A DNA stretch of 64,000 nt from Octopus bimaculoides (GCF_001194135.2 NC_068985.1:80745406-80809405); one strand, 5' to 3'. Shown: positions 13,140-26,638, counted from the first letter of the stretch. Numbers and translations: made by a program. The notes: generated by a model from the sequence alone, not told the origin.

Positions 13140-13301
13140 TTTTTTTACCTTTACATCTGTAGTAGTAGTAGTAGTAGCTGTTGTAGTGACTAGAGATATG
13201 CTTGTAATTGTAAAAATAATTGTAAACTACTACTACTACTACTACTGCTGCTGCTGCTCCTGGTGGTGCTACTACTACTACTGCTGGTGCTGGTGCTGCT
13301 G

Positions 13302-13355
<54 letters not shown>

Positions 13356-13575
13356 AGCAGCAGCAGTAGCAGCAAAGTAGAGTAACAGTGATAGTAGTAA
13401 TGCTAGTGGTGCTAATAATAGTACTAATAATTAAAGTTGTTAGTAGTAGTAGTCATATTTTGGCAATAGTTATGTTAGTAGCAGTACTAATAATAGTGGT
13501 TAAGGATTATATTATGTTAGTATTAGTGATGATAATAATAATGGCTATTATCGTAATAGTGGTAGTAGTTATGCT
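13140..13575. repeat. Compound trinucleotide microsatellite (TAG/TAC/CTG/GTG) and its decay products
   Basis: Direct inspection. Confidence 0.9.
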
Positions 13576-14689
13576 TGAAGTAGCAGCACTATTTGGCACT
13601 AAATGAGAAGGAGTAAGACAAGCTTCTGTTGATGAAAACTGACCAAGTTTGATGATCTCAGCTTGTTTTTTTCTTCTTGTTATGCTGATCAATAGCCATT
13701 GATGTATGCAAGCAATAAAAAAACAAAACATTTAAGCGAGATTTGCATATGTAATTAGAAGGCGAGTAACCAGATGTAATCAGAACCATTTATACATCTG
13801 TGAACTTTTGACCATTATTTCCATGCTATAATCGCTACTTGCATGCTGCTACCGAAGAGGAAAGAAATCCCTTCTTGTGTTCCATTACTCAGCAATTTGT
13901 TCTGCCTACTACCCCTAGACTTAATGTGTCACACCCCACTATAACAAGTTACTGTGTTATTTTGTATTTAATTGGTAGTTCTTTTTTTCTATTTTAAAAT
14001 TGACCTTCCCTGCCAAAAAAAAAAACAAAAAAAACTCAAAACAGCAAAATATTATTCTTTGTTGTTGGTTTTCCTTACATCTAAAAAAGTCCAGAAATTC
14101 TTCAGCTGTTTATTAATCCTAAATTTTTACACTTTTATGTTTAAATCCTGAAATAAAAGAAAAATACGACAAAAAGAAATAAAATAATTCATCTTGTTAC
14201 CAATCTAAAATTACTGTGTCCCTCTGAAATTTGTCAATTGAATTTAGTTTGCTAATCAGTGGGAGTGTTGCATTAGCTAATCACTTGGAGTGTTTCATGA
14301 GCATGTGGCTGTGTGGTTAACAAATAAGCTTTGCAGTCACAGGATTCTAGATTCAATCTCACAGTTCCGTAGTTTCAGAGGGCATCTTCTACTATTGCTT
14401 TGGATTGACTGAATTCTTGTGAATGAAACTGTACAGAAGCCCATCATATGGATTGAACCTGTGATTTGAAAGCCAGTCTTGCTATACTCTCTATTACACT
14501 GATTCTCAGGATTACACTAATGGTACATTGTTTGTGGATTACTCAATGATTTAAACTGTAATTACACTATAAAGAGTTGATAACCTCTTCGGTAGAACAA
14601 CTGGAACACTTGCACATCAAAGTTGACCAGAGAGTTCATTTGTACAGCTGCAATGTAAGAAGTTATGTAACCTTTGTAATCAGCAGCAG

Positions 14690-15120
14690 CCTCCCTACCC
14701 ACGACCACAAACCATTTCCTCCTTTTTCTGTGATAGTATGATTTGGCTAGGTTTGCAGTACAGCTTTTATCCCCACTCTACTAAATCCTATATCTTATCT
14801 TCTTTGAGGCAACGAGAGCCATATTTCAACCTCACCCTGACTTTTCACATTTCTTTGGTCTTCCTCTACCACTGGTTTCATCCAGTCTCAGCATACAGTA
14901 TTTATTTCTTCACAGCTACTTTTATCTGTTTTCATCACCTCTACAAATCAAAGCATGCAGTCACTACTTCTGCATACATTGACTAATTATATCAATGCCT
15001 AGTATCTTTATTGTTTTACTTATCCTCCACCTTACACTTTAGCATCCAACTGGTATTATACAATTCCTTTGCTCGTCTTTATAGATCTTTCACATTCATG
15101 GCCCAAATCTTTAAGCCCTT
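14690..15120 (-). mobile_element. Decayed RTE-clade LINE 3' fragment
   Basis: Minus strand encodes SGRGRPKK, the RTE C-terminal GRGRP motif. Confidence 0.5.
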
Positions 15121-16119
15121 CCTCCAAACAAAGGAAAAAGTATTAAAAAAAAAATTTCTCCACATGAAACCACGACGTAAATTCTAAGTAGCTTTACTTG
15201 TACTTTTTAGAACACTATACTTAGCAGAAGTTTATGTTTATTACTGCAATAGTAACATCACCTTTTCCAATGCTTTCAGCCCTTCTCTCTCTCTCTCTCT
15301 TTAATGCAAAACTTGGCTTTCATAAATCCATATGAAATACCTCGATGACATCATAGGTGACATTTCAACTCAGATTGTAGAGAGATTAAACTAAATTCTG
15401 TAACAGCATTTAGTTCAGCATTCTACTAAATAATTTCATACAGATGCAAGACAACAAATTTTAGTGAAATGTACTGTCAGATAAATCAATCCCAGTACTT
15501 GATTGGTGCACAATGATTCCCATGAGGACACAGAACATCACATGTCATGAGCACAGGATCAAAGGGCAGATTTATGGATGTATTCCACCCAATCTTTACA
15601 ATCATTGCTCAATGTCAATTAGATTTTGCTGGTCATAGCTTTGTGTTGAATTCAAGGCTCTATCAGATGTTACATTTTGGAGACATTTGCATGCAAAATA
15701 TGGCAAAGCATTATATCTGGCACTCTCTTATGCTACTCCATAACCCACATGAAAGTTACGATAAAGTGTTTTCCACTAACTTCTATAAATTTTAAATCAA
15801 TCACACACCTGAATAAATTCTTACACCATGTCTCTCTACCTTTATTTGATTTTTAAGACTTTCTCATGTAGATTCCTAAGTGTTTATCTGAGTGTATACA
15901 CAAATGAGGGAGTTTCTATGTAGCTGCCTGACTTAAACCAACACACACATCCATACATTAATGTATGTATGTGTCTGTATCTGTCTTTAAGTGAATGTAT
16001 ATGTGTATATAAATGAATGAATGTGTGTGTATATACATAAACACACATACACACACATATATATGTGTGTATGTTTATATATATGTATGCGTACATATGT
16101 ATATATATCTATTCTTTTA

Positions 16120-16535
16120 TTCTTTTACTTATTTCAGTCATTTGACTGCAGCCATGCTGGAGCACTGCCTTGAAGGGTTTTAGTCAAACAAATCAACCTC
16201 GAGACTTATTTCTTAAGTCTAGTACTTATTCCATCAATCTCTTTTGTCGAACTGCTAAGTTATGGGGATGTAAACACACCAATACCAGTTGTCAAGTGGT
16301 GATAGGGGGACAAGCACAGACCTAAAGACACCCACACATAGATATATACATACACACACGTGCGCATGCACACACACACATACATCCCCCCACACATATG
16401 ATGGGCTTCTTTCAGTTTCTGTCTACCAAATCCACTCACAAGGCTAGAATAGAAGGCACTTATCCAAGATGCTATGCAGTGGGACTGAACCTGGAACCAT
16501 GTAGTTGAGAAGCAAGCTTCTTATAACACAGCCAT
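16120..16535 (-). mobile_element. Full SINE family B copy (tRNA-like head, internal microsatellite, tail)
   Basis: Head ggctgtgt.taagaagcttgcttc...ggttcagtcccactgc and tail ...ctccagcatggc match the copies at 42075, 51045 and 60990. Confidence 0.8.
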
Positions 16536-17303
16536 GTCTGCACCTATGTACATAATATATTTATATAATTATATATATATAATATATATTTATTTATATA
16601 TACATACAAACACACATATATATGCACATACACATGCATGTATAGATATATACATACATACATTTCACATATGCTTACATTCATGTGTTTGTACATGCAT
16701 ACATACATACATTCCAGCATTTATAACATTTCTTATTTTTTGAATATATGCCTGGAGGCTATCTTAAAAATACAGACATCTCTTTATATTTGTTTGCTTT
16801 AAAAACTAGAAATTTCTTGAAATTTCAAAATGTTATGAAATGTAACTCTTCATTAAACAGTCATTGGACATTTTATTAATCCCTTTGATATCAACCTGCC
16901 TGATATGAAATTGCCAATGTAAACGTGTGCAAATGTAATTTAAAACTTTCCACCACAATTTTATACAAAAACTTTTTTGTTACACTCCCAACACTGGCTT
17001 AATAATGGAAAGTTTGTTAATTTGCTTGATCACCCCAAATTCCTGATTATTTTTAAAATTTAAGTAACAAATAGATTAACCAATGTCTTTTGATTAAACA
17101 ATTCCATTTTACAATAATATTTTCTTGTTATTATAATTGCAGTTGCATGGTTGTAGATGAATTTTGATGTTGCCTTTTCCCATCATTTGAAATATTAAAA
17201 TACACACATACATACATACATACATACATACATACATACATAACACACTCAAATATATGCACATACATACACATGCACATACATGCAGTCATCCATACTT
17301 TAC

Positions 17304-17340
<37 letters not shown>

Positions 17341-17877
17341 CATCACCTATCTCTGCATTATATATATATATATATATAATGTATGTATGTATATATTCAA
17401 AATGCATGTGAATTATTGAGAATGTGTTCGTGTATATCTTGGAGCAAGGTTAATTAAGTAATTCTTATTCTTGATATATTTTTAGTTTAAAGCAGGTTTA
17501 CTTTTTCCTCACTCTCATACAGACACATGCACACCTTTTAAAAGTCATTAACTGTATATAACACTTTGTTAGAGAAATGCCAATAAGCATCAGTTTATGC
17601 TTCTGAAAACAAGCAGTTAATTCATGACCTTTCTTTTGTACACACTTGTTTATCTAGCTTAACTTATTTCTTATTTGCCAAAGATGCTGTAAGATATTTA
17701 CTGCAGTTTTGTAAGACATTTTAATGACAGAAGTAAGTTTATGTTGCCATAGTTGAATATTTCCTCGATTCTAATCAAATTGTTTCATGATATATTTATG
17801 CAGTACACAGATGTACAAATTAAAATGACTTTTATCAGTTGTGTGTGTGTGTGTATACATGTATATATGTATGTAAG

Positions 17878-18002
<125 letters not shown>

Positions 18003-18859
18003 GTGTGTGAGTGTGTGTATGCATTGTACTTGTTTATTTTTATAACTTGTTTTTTTTTTTGCTTATATCAAGCCATGATAGCTTTTTTTAGAGTGTAGCA
18101 TTGTTGAAATAGCTTAGTAGTTGTGATATTTGACCATATGCCAATGGAACATGAGTTCATAACAATTGATAGCATATCATCAGGCTTTTGAACAAAATAT
18201 TTTATTCTATATAGTCTTCAGTTCACCTCACAATCAGGAAAAAATGCTGCATTTTCTGGTATACAAGTCATTGTAGTATATAATGTTATACATGTAGTGT
18301 TAAATTCAAACGTCACTATCTTTCCAAATCCTACTGTGGTCTTCCAAAGTTGTTTTGAAATAAAAGTTGACCTACCTCTTTTGGCTGTTAATTTTGGTTT
18401 GAAAAATTTGACTTATATGCTGAAAAATACAGAATCTAGATTTTAGCTCCGACAATGATCCTGTTTTGAGATGTGGCATGCAGCAGTATACTCTATATTA
18501 AATACATCATGCATAAGGTATCTATCACTTCCTTGGCTTGAGATTATCCAAGCATATGACCAGTGATATTTTTTTTACTTCAAAGGAATATAAAACAAAA
18601 GCAGATCTGTTGTGATTTGAACTCAGAATGATTAAATGCTGTGCAGCATTCAATCTGGTTTTCTATCATCTACAAGAACATATTAGTCTTTTCCTTTTTG
18701 TTCAATAGACACACTCAATGCTTGCAGGGTTTGGGTAATAGTGAAGACACTACTTAGTTGATCAACTCTGAAAGGATCAATGGGTTTTGTCAACTTGTAA
18801 TGCATTTTCTGTTTCTTTGTTACTTGGTACTCTTGAATGTTGTTGTCATTGTTGCCATT

Positions 18860-20380
18860 GCCATCGTCATCATCATTATCATTATTACAAGTTCATAACC
18901 TGCATAGTGCTTCAACGACTGCTTTGGCATGATTTCCACAGTTGGATGCCTGTCCTAATGTCAAGCGTTTTACAGTATGTACTGGGTGGGTTTTTTTCAT
19001 GGCACTATCACTAATGCTGTCACCATGTAGCTTGCAAGATTAAAATCCCCTTCTACTGAGTGGGGCTAGAGTAGAGAGGGAGGTGACTTGATGTTATGAG
19101 ATGAGGGAGAAGTGAGAGAGAAAACTCCAGAACAGAACAAGGTTTTCTTTGCTGTAGAGGAGCTATACAGCTACACACATTATAGAAGGGAAGGTGGGAG
19201 TAAGTTCTTAAGGTGTTGGAAAGAGTTAAAAAAACTACTGGTGATGAAGTGTCAAGGAGCCCTCAAAATATGGGATGCATATGTCTTCATGGGTTTCTTC
19301 TGCATGTTCTATCTACAATTAGTCTTTAGCACTCCTTTAAACTGCTGTCTCATCCATCTCAGGTCCAGCCTGCACAGTCTTCTTTCTTGCACACGACATC
19401 TAGTTCCTCTTATGCCTAGTTTTTCTATCAATGTGTTTGTACTTTGTCATTCATGCACCCTTACATTGCATATCCATTGAAGTATGCTGGTTTCATTTCT
19501 TTCTAGTCGTCTCAAATCCATTGCATCCAAGGCCTTTGTCTCACTACAACCATTGAAGTTTAAAGTTGTAACATATGCATCATATAATATTCCCTTCAAT
19601 TTGAAGGAAAAGAACATTGTTGCCAGCAGTGGTATAAGCCCCCTGAACCTTTTCTAACCTATTGCTACCCTTGCTACTATACTTTGTGAACAACCAGCTC
19701 CCTAACTAATTACAATTCCTAAGTAACAAAAGCAATTAACTACTTCAAGTGAGTTGTCTGGGCATCGAAGAGAATCTATTTCTGGTGTGCTCACAGTATC
19801 TACTGCACTAGTGCATCTGTTACATATAAAACCTGTCAATCATTGTTGAACTAGTCTGCAGAAGAGTCTCACACAAGTTGTCCTATTCTGTTAATCTTGC
19901 TTGTGGGGTATATGTAGAGAAAAATGTCATTGTTGAGTTCCCCATAACTAGTCTCAACTTAATTATCCTTCTCACATTCTAACTGTTTCAGTTACTTTAC
20001 CTGTCCATTTCTCAGCTAAAAGAATGCCTACCTCACCTCTGCTATCACTATTACTCACCTAGAAGGATTTGATTTTCTTTTGTGTAAGGAAATTGGTTGA
20101 GGGAACCTTTCCGTCTTACCTCTTGCACACAACACTCATCCACTCCTCTCTGTCCCAGCATCTCCACAATCTCACCAGACCTGTCTTTCCTTGTGCCAAT
20201 GTTTATAGTTGCAGCCCTTAAGTATTGGAACTAACAAAAAAAATTTATCTTTGATGGCAAATCTGTTTTCGTGTTGGTTCATTACAATCTGAGGATGCTT
20301 GTACCTGTAAGAAATAACAAAAGTTGGGTCACGTTTTACTGTCAGTTGGTAGATTTACACACATGGATACTTTTTTCAAT
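18860..20380 (-). mobile_element. RTE-clade LINE with a large internal deletion (EN N-terminus fused to the post-RT region, 3' UTR and (TGA)n tail)
   Basis: 20220-19900: RSGEIVEMLGQRGVDECCVQEV...VGILLAEKW. 19870-19300: ICNRC...LEVVNCFCYLG...RRLERNE. Confidence 0.75.
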
Positions 20381-20499
20381 TTAATTTCTCATCATTCATT
20401 CATTCTCCAAAACTTGCTGCATATGCTAGCACAGGCACCATTTAAATATTATCAGCAAATAAAAAAGTAAATATTCCTTATTTTATATATCTATATATA

Positions 20500-20880
20500 C
20501 ATCTATTTCCATGTAGACATGTGTGTATATATATATGTATGCATATATGTATATATATATATATATGTGTATATATGTCTATATATGTATGTGTATATAT
20601 GTATATATGTGTGTGTATATATGTATATATGTGTGTGTATATATGTATATATATGTGTATATATGTGTGTGTATATATGTATATATATGTGTATATATGT
20701 GTGTGTATATATGTGTGTATGTATATGTATATATATATATATGTATGTATACATATGTATGTATACATATGTATGTATATGAGTGTATATACATGTATAT
20801 ACATGCATACATATATTTATATACATATCAGCACACACACACACACACAAACACACCCACACATACACATACACACGCGT

Positions 20881-20925
<45 letters not shown>
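20500..20925. repeat. Compound (TA/TG/CA)n microsatellite
   Basis: Direct inspection; source of several spurious ORFs. Confidence 0.95.
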
Positions 20926-20926
<1 letters not shown>

Positions 20927-20994
20927 CAGCACAGGTGTCACAGTGTAGTTTCAATGTATATTCCTTTTGCCATACTCAAAATCAGTGTGTGGCA

Positions 20995-22493
20995 TGCTAA
21001 TTGTATATATAAAACAACTTCATATAGCTATATGTACTATTTGTTGCCCACCAGATGCTCCAAATCACAGAGGCAGATATGAAGACTGCCTTGCAAAAAT
21101 AGAAGTCTTAACCAAATTAGTACAACATATCAATGTACTTTTCATGAGAGATTTCAGCCTGCCCAATGAGCCTTTTCCTCTTATTGATGACATGGCATAA
21201 ACAAATGCAAGTGAAATTCCTGCTCAACCTCACTAACACATTATACATAGAGCAAATAGTACTCCAAACAACTAGGGAAAACAACACATGATCTCTGCTT
21301 CACAAACAATATGAATCTCAACCCTAATGTGAAAGTGACAGCAATGCTAGCTTCAGATCACAATATGACAGAGCTGACCATGTATAGATTAAAGGAATCC
21401 ACAGACACACATTTTATGAGAAGCACCCAAAATTTATCCAATCTGAACTTCCATAAAGCAGGCTTGAAATTGATTGAGAAGGAGATCTTCAAATAAGATT
21501 AGCCTCAATGTCTCTCTACACCTGATATCGACATGAAACTTAAAGAATTCATGTCCATAATGCATGCTCTATGTTTTGTCCTGGAGAGAAATGCCATTCT
21601 CGGGGAGAGTTCTTGAGATGGCATACAAAAATTGCAAACAACCTAAATGGAGTACTCACTGGCCATGAAAACTCTTGCCTGAAAACAATACTGTTGGAGA
21701 TTGAGAAAAATCTGAAACATTCACATATAAAAGGGAGATAGACAAAGAAGCCTGGGTTATAGAAAATATAAAAATCAAACCTTAAGATCTTCTTTAAGTT
21801 TGCCAAAAAAAACTGCTTCAGGGTAGGGTCATTCATACAAAAAGATGGCTCCCTCACAGGAAACCCAACAAGGCTAAGTGAAACAGTATGAGCAATTCAA
21901 AAATGTTCTCACCCCACTCTTATGGCATATTCAAGTTACCAAACCTATAGAGTTCTTAACCATTACAGATATAAAACGTGAGGCAGTAGCAATTCTGTAA
22001 ATGAGCCCTAGAAGAACCATTGCAGTCTCTCTTGTAGAGTTTCCTTGAGGCAAGTTGAAGGAAGGAATAATATGGCAAATTCATGAAGGAGGTAGCAGAG
22101 CAGATGTTAAAAACTATAGGCCTACCCTCACATATCAGCAAAGTCATGGAATGGATAGTCTGTAGGAGACTAGTCACTTTCCTTGAGAAAAATGACTTGT
22201 TGACTGACACCCAGCATCGTTGCCAGCCAAGGAGAAGCTGCCTAACAACACTATGACTGAATGTTGAAATCACTCAAATATGGATATGATATACCTTGAC
22301 TTTGTAAAGGCCTTCAATAAAGTCAATCATGTAATGGTATGTCACAGGCTGTGTGAGCTTGGCATAGTTGGAAAACTTGGAGAGTGGCTACATGACTAAT
22401 TAAAAGATAGAAGCTAGGCAGTGGTGACCAACTTCCAAGGAAGCACAAAGAATTAGAGGTGTCCCACAGGGCACTGTCTTGGGGCCACTACTG

Positions 22494-22498
<5 letters not shown>
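20995..22498 (+). mobile_element. Decayed CR1-like LINE ORF2 (APE endonuclease to RT), truncated at a (TA)n tract
   Basis: CCPPD...RDFSLP, ASDHN, NFHKA, NYRP, FLEKNDLLTDTQH, DFVKAFNKVNH, GVPQGTVLGPLLFI, with many stops and frameshifts. Confidence 0.85.
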
Positions 22499-22523
<25 letters not shown>

Positions 22524-22532
<9 letters not shown>

Positions 22533-22940
22533 AACATAGGGTAAAAATATCAGATATTAATTAATATCAATTTATTACCAGGAAGCTAGCACATTGAAAG
22601 AATCAGAGAGATTCAGAAAAAATATCTGAGATCTTAGGGGATTAAAGTATATGTTTATATATAATGATGACCACTAAAGTGGACATTTAATGTGCTAGAA
22701 GAAGATCACATTTTGTATCTACTAAGACCTAATAGTTCTCAAAAGAAATTCAGCGAAATACCAAACCATATGCGGGTAAGTCAGTGAAAATTACATAAAT
22801 AAAATAAAATTAAAACATTGTTATTCGTGTACTAGTTTCGGAATTAATATTCTCTTACTGAAAATATCTGTCCCTCTTCAGCACGAACTGCAAGGAAATT
22901 ATAATTTTCACTGTCTTTCCCGCATACGGTTTGGTATTTC
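22524..22940 (-). mobile_element. Non-coding PLE-pLTR-like element ending in (TA)n, containing a canonical hammerhead within a 39-bp inverted repeat
   Basis: Inverted repeat 22755-22793 / 22902-22940 (36/39 matches); hammerhead at 22824-22887; abuts (TA)n at 22499-22523. Confidence 0.6.
22824..22887 (-). ncRNA. Canonical minimal type I hammerhead ribozyme
   Basis: Minus strand: TTCGTG-CTGAAGA-GGGA-cag-ATATTTTC-agtaa-GAGAATAT-taa-TTCC-GAA-ACTAGT-A-CACGAA. Stem I 6 bp, stem II 4+8 bp, palindromic helix III, GUA triplet. Confidence 0.85.
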
Positions 22941-22944
22941 ATTG

Positions 22945-23190
22945 ACGATTTGACTGAGGACTGGTGAAACCGGATGGCTACACCAGGCTCCAATCTGATT
23001 TGGCAGAGTTTCTACAGCTGGATGCCCTTCCTAACGCCAACCACTCTGAGAGTGTAGTGGATGCTTTTACGTGCCACCTGCATGAAGGCCAGTCAGGCGG
23101 TACTGGCAACGGCCACGCTCAAATGGTGTATTTTATGTGCTACCTGCACAAGAGCCAGTCCAGGGGCACTGGCAACGATCTCGCTTGAAA
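22945..23190 (+). mobile_element. Fragment of an RTE 3'-UTR-related repeat (ctggatgcccttcctaacgccaacc family)
   Basis: Same block at about 18930, 45580 and 52730 (opposite strand) and 28600. Confidence 0.7.
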
Positions 23191-23285
23191 GTTTGTAAAT
23201 ATTTATGAATGAAGAATTTTGCCTAGGCAGTGAAGTTTACTTTCAAGATCTTTTACCACTTCAGGTGGTAAAAAGTGTGTGTGTG

Positions 23286-23325
<40 letters not shown>

Positions 23326-23920
23326 TGTAGATGTTGCTGGAAAAAAAGTCTGTGTGTATGCCATTAATGTAATTCTGTATAATTTTGGACTTTGTATGGT
23401 TACATATAGAAATATAAACAAACTAACACACACACACACACACACAAATATACTCATTTGTTTTGAAGTTTATGTTCCATTCTATTAAATATACTCATCC
23501 ACCTGCTCTGGAGAATGAATCAGACATAACGTGATGGGTAACCAGGGAGAGACAAAAGCGAAGAACAGCCAGTCTCACTCAGGAAGAACCAGATGTGAGA
23601 AGATTAAACAATACATTAAGCTTATTATTTACTGTATAATTTTCTTGCCATCATTCTTGATGGCACAGGTACACTAGTACATATATATATATATNNNNNN
23701 NNNNNNNNNNNNNNNNNNNNNNNNNNNNNNNNNNNNNNNNNNNNNNNNNNNNNNNNNNNNNNNNNNNNNNNNNNNNNNNNNNNNNNNNNNNNNNNNNNNN
23801 NNNNNNNNNNNNNNNNNNNNNNNNNNNNNNNNNNNNNNNNNNNNNNNNNNNNNNNNNNNNNNNNNNAGTCTTTTGTTATATTTCTGCTGCTTCTAAATAA
23901 TATATATATATATATATATA

Positions 23921-24116
23921 TGATAGATTGCTGACCACTACATTAATTTTTTTTCTCCTTGTTTTTCTCCTTATTTCTTTCTGTGTTCCTTTCAGTTGAA
24001 GAGTGTAGCTCGAAACGTTAAAGACTTTCTCTATTCCCAAGCGTTAAACTAATACATCCTTTTGTTGTTTACACCACCTGTCCTCGTCTGTTGTTGTTTT
24101 TTTCGTAAATTCTCCC
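23921..24116 (+). mobile_element. About 200-bp (TA)n-flanked mini-element with hammerhead-like motif (family 2, copy a)
   Basis: Highly similar to the reverse complement of 53065-53260; (TA)n on both sides. Confidence 0.8.
23989..24023 (+). ncRNA. Degenerate hammerhead-like motif (family 2a)
   Basis: CTTT-CAGTTGA-A-GAGT-GTA-GCTC-GAA-ACGT-T-AAAG. Confidence 0.5.
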
Positions 24117-24429
24117 ATATATATATATATATATATATATATCTATATACACATGCACACATACGGATATGTACGCTCACTTGCATACATACTCATATAC
24201 AAATATATGTACATACATACACTGCATACATACACATACACAGATGCTCATGTGTGCATATGCACACTTACACACACACATATATATATTTACTTATGTA
24301 GGTACATACATTCATGCGTAGTAAACATGTGGACAGGCACGTATACGTATATATAGAGAAATACAATCTGACACACACATACATGGATAGGGGAAGAAGA
24401 GAGGGAGAGAGTTCACCTAATTATTATCC

Positions 24430-25790
24430 TTTCACTGTGCTGAATCTTGAAAATACATATTTGGCGCAGTGGGAACATCTCAGTATTTTCTCAGCATGTT
24501 TACCAAGTTTTCTTTACTTAACAGGATACACAAGGCTTTCTCAAGGCACAGGTCACATATGTCAGATAATGTGTTATATGGGTGGGCATTTTTTTTATTA
24601 TTGACCATTCTATTTTGTATTTTAGTTTTCCTTCATTTAATTTCCATATTAGGTCCTCTAGTGATATTGTGTGTTGCCAGCTTATCTTTCAGAATGAGGA
24701 GATATGGTTGTGATAATGGATCTTAAATTAGTTTCCAGAGGTTTCCTATGTATACGTATTTATGTCATGGTGTGGTTAGTGTTCATTTGTATATGATGTT
24801 TTTTTTTTGCATGCATTGGTTCCTGAGCAGACATGCATATTTCTTGCGACAGCTGCAATTATTTGCACTATTATTATTTTTGTAGTTATTTGGTGCCTTT
24901 TTGGTTTTGTTTTTGTGATGTTTCAGTTGATTAGCAGTGTCTGAAGTGTTTTGATGTTATAGCATGTTTTGTTGATTCTTTTTTGAGTTTTTGTTTGAAT
25001 CCTATTATAACTGTCAGGGTTGCTATCTATGTTTTTGTGATCCCTATTGTGTTTATTTTTGTTATTGTTCCTATACCCTGTGTTGTTTTGATGTTTGTTC
25101 CTTGTCTGTGGTCACTGTTTACATGTATATTTTTTTTATTGCTGTATATGTGTATGTAGTACTCCATGTTGTTGGATGTGGCATACAATACTTTCACTGT
25201 GTGCTTGTTGAGGGTATGATGGTATTTATGTGTTCTAGGGAAGCACCTATCTAATGCTACAAAGAATTGTTTACCTATCTTCAATGATATTCGAAATCTG
25301 AAGATTCGGTTATACCATAGGACCTCAGAATCTTTGTATTTTTTGTTTGGTTCCTTTAGCCTATTTTGTGTGTCGTTTTTGCTATTATTGTTATTCTTTT
25401 GGATTTTATTAATTTTTTCTATCTTTCCATTATGTCTTAGGTTTTTGTGCTTTTATTGTTATGTGTTTGTTGTTTTTCATGTTGTGTGTTTTTTATTTCA
25501 GGTGCATGGATGTTCGTATTAGTTAGGGCTTTGTCAGGTGTGAACTTGATTTTTTTATATATACCTGGCCCTAGCTAGTGCTTCATTGTAATAAGGTGCA
25601 TGTATGTTGAATATTGTCTCAGTGGCAGGTAGACATGATATTCTGGAGGCTATGTTCCTAACTATTCCTTTGGTTACAGATGGTGGATGATTGGACTTTA
25701 CATCTATCAGTCTGTCAGATACCGGCCATGATGAAATACCACAAGGTATAGAAAATACGTATTCGCCTTTATATATTTAAGCCTTTATAT
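24430..25790 (-). mobile_element. Decayed Penelope-like element (RT C-terminus plus GIY-YIG endonuclease)
   Basis: KSNHPPSVTKGIVRNIASRIS...PYYNEAL; KIGKQFFVALDRCFPRTHKYH..LNKHTVKV; NCSCRKK..C...C; KIEWSIIKKCP...CDLCLEK. Confidence 0.85.
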
Positions 25791-26052
25791 ATTTAATCCT
25801 TTATATTGAACACTCAATATTTCATATATTCAATAAGACATATTCCATATATTCAATAAGACATTCAATACTTCATTTCATTGTACCATCCATTTTTATA
25901 TTATATATTATATATTCCATGTTCTATATCCCACATTAATTTTACAAGAATATAAATAAAACATAAAAAACAGACAGAGTTGGAACTCTTTTAAATAAAA
26001 TATATTCTTCTATACACTATCATACAAAACCCTTTTTTGTATTTATTTTTAC

Positions 26053-26094
<42 letters not shown>

Positions 26095-26595
26095 GCATAT
26101 GAATATGTGTGTGTGTGTGTGTGTGTGTACCTGTCCAAGCATTAGTATATATATGGAAGTATATGTGAACCAACATGTATCTGTATGTGTAGGCCAAATC
26201 TTAAAGGTCAGTTTAGGACAATTGCATGTGTAACTAACCATGAAGAACAAATCAACAGTACAAAGAAATCAAATGCCAATCCCTTTAAAATGGCAACCAC
26301 TTTAACAGTAGCAGAATCACCATCCCATTATATCTACACATTGAAAGCAGTTTGCCAACAGTCCTTCAGCAACAACACACCCCCATAAACTCAATTCAGG
26401 CCATGACAGACAGAGTGGATGTTCTTGAAGATGAGGATTTTGAACTTACGAAGACAATATTTACATATCACCTGATATGTAATGCAGGGAAGCAGTTGCA
26501 TAATCAAGTACCTGCATGCCTGGTGAACTACGTTTCATAGAAACAGTTGTGGTGATTAAAAAATAAATGTCCAAGTGTATTCCTCCAATTTTTTC

Positions 26596-26638
<43 letters not shown>

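Noticed and set aside
22950-22975. CTGAGGA-CTGGT-GAAA-CCGG resembling a hammerhead
   Set aside because: No stem II or stem I pairing; it is a variant of the RTE 3'-UTR repeat seen elsewhere in the window without the motif.
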